A stretch of DNA of 55,673 bases from a virus (Duplodnaviria > Caudoviricetes), in IMG/VR virus record IMGVR_UViG_3300024265_000061, positions 1 through 55,673 of that record; one strand, 5' to 3'. Positions within the stretch are counted from its first letter, which is position 1, and each line of letters opens with the position of its first letter. Below are positions 54,833 through 55,673 of the stretch, piece by piece. The notes under the pieces were generated by a model. That model was not told where the DNA came from. It worked only from the letters and a program-made list of their open reading frames with translations, and did not search any database. The translations under genes were made by a program, and so were the position numbers.

Positions 54833-55673
54833 ATGACACAGGCAATTGGAATCCTCGATAACCTCGTGAGGGAAGAACTGCCACAGATGATTACCGAGGC
54901 AGGCCCGGCCATAGCCCCCGTGTTCGATAAGATTAAACGGACAGCGTTAGGGGTTAAGAGCCAGACAGGTGTCGGTCGTGGATATAAGGTGCTTCACCTT
55001 TACGAAACCGGCGTGGCTGGTATGATTGAGTCGGCTGATCCGCTCGGCCCGACAATGGAAGCCTTTACCGGGACGCAGACTCAGATGTTAGATGTAACAC
55101 CTGCGACTTTAACATCCGGTTTGACAATTTTCCCGAAGGCTTCGGAATCGCCTCACATGGGCGATATTAAGAGGGAGCTTGTCCTTCATAAAGTCGTGGG
55201 TAACTTTTCCATTCCTGCCGCTTGGAAACAGGCCGAATTGCTGAATGCTGCTCAGATTAAGAAAGTGGCACGGGATATGAAGGCTGTAGCCAAGCTGAAA
55301 GCTATTTATGAGGCTTCCAGTTTCTTCTCTCATAGTGTAACGAATGAAGCTGGTTTTCAGAGTCAAGTTCTTGGAAGAATTGACGTGATAGCTCGGGTTG
55401 GTGATGCAGGTTCGGAATACGGCAAAATTACGATTGATGAGACTTATGGCCGTATCGCCAATTTCCGCCAAGGTATGCGGATTGATTTGGTTACTGATGA
55501 TACTGGTGTACTCCAGAATGGTGCGGTGGGTGCGACTCCTGCTACGTCCGGAGCGGAAGTAAAGAACTATGAGTATGGGGAAACGGATTATGTGATACTC
55601 ATCATCACCAGTGTTGATTATCTCGGCAAGGCCATAACCGTCAAGGCTATTAATTCGGTGGATGGTGGAGGGA
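54833..55673 (+). CDS. Major capsid protein, N-terminal part (continues into 1-906; about 532 aa in total)
   Basis: ATG 54833 after AAGGAG; open to the window end and in frame with the GTG at 55526 (= position 1); follows portal and scaffold; begins MTQAIGILDNLVREELPQMI. Confidence 0.8.
   Translation, partial: MTQAIGILDNLVREELPQMITEAGPAIAPVFDKIKRTALGVKSQTGVGRGYKVLHLYETGVAGMIESADPLGPTMEAFTGTQTQMLDVTPATLTSGLTIFPKASESPHMGDIKRELVLHKVVGNFSIPAAWKQAELLNAAQIKKVARDMKAVAKLKAIYEASSFFSHSVTNEAGFQSQVLGRIDVIARVGDAGSEYGKITIDETYGRIANFRQGMRIDLVTDDTGVLQNGAVGATPATSGAEVKNYEYGETDYVILIITSVDYLGKAITVKAINSVDGGG
55526..55673. repeat. Terminal direct repeat, right copy
   Basis: Matches 1-148 with one mismatch. Confidence 0.95.

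Noticed and set aside
93-55471. Minus-strand ORFs in the track
   Set aside because: Nearly all are shadows of longer + strand genes, with no recognisable motifs.
1-55673. Stop-codon reassignment or introns/inteins
   Set aside because: The standard code gives dense intact genes ending in TAA, TAG and TGA; terL, polA, portal and capsid are uninterrupted.

Overview
A near-complete, circularly assembled 55.5 kb tailed-phage genome, with a 148-bp end overlap that splits the major capsid gene. It looks podovirus-like: terminase, portal, scaffold, capsid, adaptor/nozzle, fibre and ejection-type proteins are present and no tape measure is evident. Essentially all genes are on the + strand, driven by about ten near-consensus sigma70 promoters and a GAAAGG-type RBS. 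Replication and recombination genes are a UDG4-PolA fusion with an atypical polymerase active site, an AAA_25 helicase, a Sak4-like ATPase, an SSB, and ERCC4 and PD-(D/E)xK nucleases; I recognised no primase. There is also a nucleotide-pool cluster, a radical SAM protein and six homing-type endonucleases. The strongest unexplained signal is the non-palindromic 9-mer CCTCCGCAG/CTGCGGAGG. I counted 36 exact copies by eye (well under 1 expected by chance), on both strands, in several reading frames, and rather evenly spaced along each strand. Secondary signals are hairpins carrying antisense copies of the phage's own RBS+ATG, a tRNA-like structured RNA, a repeat-rich skew switch near 40 kb, and apparent absence of GCGC. 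All counts are manual and all protein calls come from motif recognition, not database searches.
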